In this document: positions 32,836 to 34,465 of the stretch, one piece after another | Numbering within the stretch: position 1 is the stretch's first letter | Layout: every line of letters begins with the position of its first letter | Assembly (NCBI GenBank): GCA_963976915.1 | Contig: CAXBNA010000040.1 | Location: 1-34,465, forward strand | DNA: 34,465 bases | DNA from: an uncultured Verrucomicrobiales bacterium | GTDB taxonomy: Bacteria; Verrucomicrobiota; Verrucomicrobiia; Verrucomicrobiales; Verrucomicrobiaceae | Direction of reading: 5' to 3' | Position numbers and translations under genes: made by a program | Notes under the pieces: model-generated | Databases searched by the model: none | Seen by the model: the letters and a program-made list of their open reading frames with translations, nothing else | Told to the model about the DNA's origin: nothing

Positions 32836-34287
32836 CTATCGGCTAATCGTCTGATAGCGTTCCGGTTTGCCGGGTGCTTCCTTTTTGGGTAGATGCTGGC
32901 GATGCTTCGCGAGAACGTCCGCAAACGTCTGATCCGAAGCGAGGTTCGTGTGATTCCACGGGTCGCTGTCGGCGTAAAGTTCTTCGAAGCCGTCGTGATA
33001 GCGGATGTAGCGAAATCCGGGCGTTCGGATCGCGTGGTTGCCGGGCCCCTCGGTCATCAGAGCGGGACGAGTCCACTCTGCGTTGGGGTCCTTGAGAAGA
33101 GGCACGAGCGATTGCCCATCATTCTCCGCTTTGGGAGGCAGGCCAGCCAACTCGACGAGCGTTGGGTAAATATCGACCAGGCTGACCGGTGTTTCACATA
33201 CGGAGCCGGGCTTCGCCACTCCGGGTGCGACAATGATGAAGGGGACATGGGTGGCCTTTTCCCAGAGAGTGAATTTCACCCCGCACTGCTTGTCGCCGAG
33301 GTGGTAGCCGTGGTCGGACCAGAGCACGATGATGGTGTTTTCCGCCCGACCGGTGGCATCCAGTTTGTCGAGCAGACGACCCACCATCTGATCGGCGTAA
33401 TCGGCGGCGGCTTGGTAGCATTGCACCATGCGATGAAGGGATTGGTTGGAATCCGGATCCGCAGCGGTGGTCTCGTCGTAGACAAAAGATTCCTTGTCCG
33501 ACATTCGAATGCCGACCGGTCCAACGTCCTGCATGTCATCCTCCGGCATTGGTGGAAGCATTACCTTTTCTTTCGGGTAGCGTTCAAAGGTCGCCGCATC
33601 GGCGTAGAACGGCAGGTGGGGATTGAAGATGCCCGCCGCGAGAAAGAGCGGGGCGTCCTGCTTCTCCTCCATCCTTGACTCGACCCATTCACACATATCG
33701 ACATCGATCATCTTCTGATCGTGCACGCCCCAGTCGAAGGCGAGGCCGGAGAGCCGGGTCTTGTCCTCGATTCGGTAGCCGTTGTAGTTCTGGTTTTTGC
33801 CCGGACCGCGGATGGGAAGTTTCTTGAAGAACTTCTGGAACGAGGGGCGGTCTTTCGGCTCCGCTCCGGTGTCGCCGTGATGATAAATCTTGCCGGCACC
33901 GCGGGTCGTGTAGCCGCCCTGTTGGGCGAAATATTCCGGCAGAGAGATGGCATTCGGGATCTTGTCCCGCCAGGCCTGCCCGTTGGAATAGACGCCGGAT
34001 GTGGTCGGACGCAGTCCGGTCATGATGGCGGTGCGCGACGGGTTGCAACCGGCCGAGGCGCAATAGGCACGGCTGAAAAAAGTGCCGCGCGCGGCCAGAC
34101 GCTGGAGGCTCGGTGTCTGGATCGGGTTGGTCTCGTCGAAGAGCGTTGTCCAGTCGTTCATGTCGTCGATGGCGATGAAGAGAACGTTTGGCTTCTCGGC
34201 CGCGGATACAGCGAGACTCCAACACGAAAGCATCGCGCCGAGGCACAGGGATGCAGAGAGAAAGGGGCGCAAAGAGTTTCGAATCAT
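32836..34287 (-). CDS. Sulfatase (formylglycine-dependent arylsulfatase family), secreted.
   Basis: Signal peptide MIRNSLRPFLSASLCLGAMLSCWSLAVSA. PNVLFIAIDDMNDW, the sulfatase signature C-x-P-S-R as YCASAGCNPSRTAIMTG, and IIVLWSDHGYHLGDK. Confidence 0.9.
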   Translation of the reverse strand: MIRNSLRPFLSASLCLGAMLSCWSLAVSAAEKPNVLFIAIDDMNDWTTLFDETNPIQTPSLQRLAARGTFFSRAYCASAGCNPSRTAIMTGLRPTTSGVYSNGQAWRDKIPNAISLPEYFAQQGGYTTRGAGKIYHHGDTGAEPKDRPSFQKFFKKLPIRGPGKNQNYNGYRIEDKTRLSGLAFDWGVHDQKMIDVDMCEWVESRMEEKQDAPLFLAAGIFNPHLPFYADAATFERYPKEKVMLPPMPEDDMQDVGPVGIRMSDKESFVYDETTAADPDSNQSLHRMVQCYQAAADYADQMVGRLLDKLDATGRAENTIIVLWSDHGYHLGDKQCGVKFTLWEKATHVPFIIVAPGVAKPGSVCETPVSLVDIYPTLVELAGLPPKAENDGQSLVPLLKDPNAEWTRPALMTEGPGNHAIRTPGFRYIRYHDGFEELYADSDPWNHTNLASDQTFADVLAKHRQHLPKKEAPGKPERYQTISR

Positions 34288-34430
34288 GGTCTGCTAATCC
34301 TACGAGGTTGCAGGCTGCACTACAAACTCTTCAGCGAGGTCCATCGTGCTTCTTACCTTACCCGGATGTAGGGACAGAAAAGGTATGTCGCGTAGGCTTC
34401 GCCGCCGTTTGTGGACGGTTTTCCGGTGAT
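34276..34430 (-). repeat. Leader/promoter copy B, upstream of the sulfatase gene. It includes the first 4 codons, MIRN.
   Basis: Matches 32581-32730. The shared core atcctacgaggttgcaggc is at 34298-34316, and the distal block gtggacggtttt is at 34411-34422, 124 nt upstream of the ATG. Confidence 0.6.
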
Positions 34431-34465
34431 TGGTGAAGAATTTCATGCGTGTGGCGTGTGGCTTT

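Noticed and set aside
1-34465. I searched for rRNA, tRNA, CRISPR arrays, IS elements, integrases and phage genes.
   Set aside because: There is no GGTTCGAATCC-type tRNA T-arm context in the intergenic regions. There are no regularly spaced direct repeats. There are no transposase or integrase motifs (DDE, tyrosine recombinase R..H..R..Y) in any substantial ORF. The only repeats found are the duplicated gene leaders at 32581-32730 and 34276-34430.

Overview
GC-rich (~60%) chromosomal segment, most likely from the Planctomycetes-Verrucomicrobia group. The evidence is a stand-alone Planctomycete-type cytochrome c domain (PSCyt1), two DUF1080 proteins, a formylglycine-type sulfatase, few Shine-Dalgarno sequences and many long antisense shadow ORFs. 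The window holds about 30 protein-coding genes. I found no rRNA, tRNA, CRISPR array or mobile element. Recognisable housekeeping genes are: a truncated S8 subtilisin-like peptidase, an HDAC-family deacetylase, a giant pyruvate:ferredoxin oxidoreductase, a PiT phosphate transporter, an RRM RNA-binding protein, PhnA, RsgA, two class I methyltransferases, and an sbtA-sbtB (DUF897 + PII-like) pair. The stand-out region is a 10-kb co-directional cluster at 19621-29876. It runs YqiJ/NfeD-like membrane protein -> long flotillin (YqiK-like SPFH protein) -> 1717-aa protein with a MoxR/AAA_5-type P-loop ATPase module near its C-terminus -> two signal-peptide proteins of unknown function -> a small H-type-lectin-domain protein. 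The gaps from yqiJ through the giant gene are short (22 and 72 nt) and show no terminators. A flotillin operon that encodes its own giant AAA+ ATPase is not an arrangement I can place in any described system, so it is the best candidate for something new. Other points worth a second look: a decayed VapC (PIN) toxin remnant, a duplicated ~130-nt promoter/leader plus MIRN signal-peptide start shared by a DUF1080 gene and a sulfatase gene, and tandem terminator hairpins that may bracket a small RNA downstream of sbtB. Most starts in the six-frame ORF track are GTG/TTG-extended. Where I could see one, I re-set the start to a conserved N-terminus.
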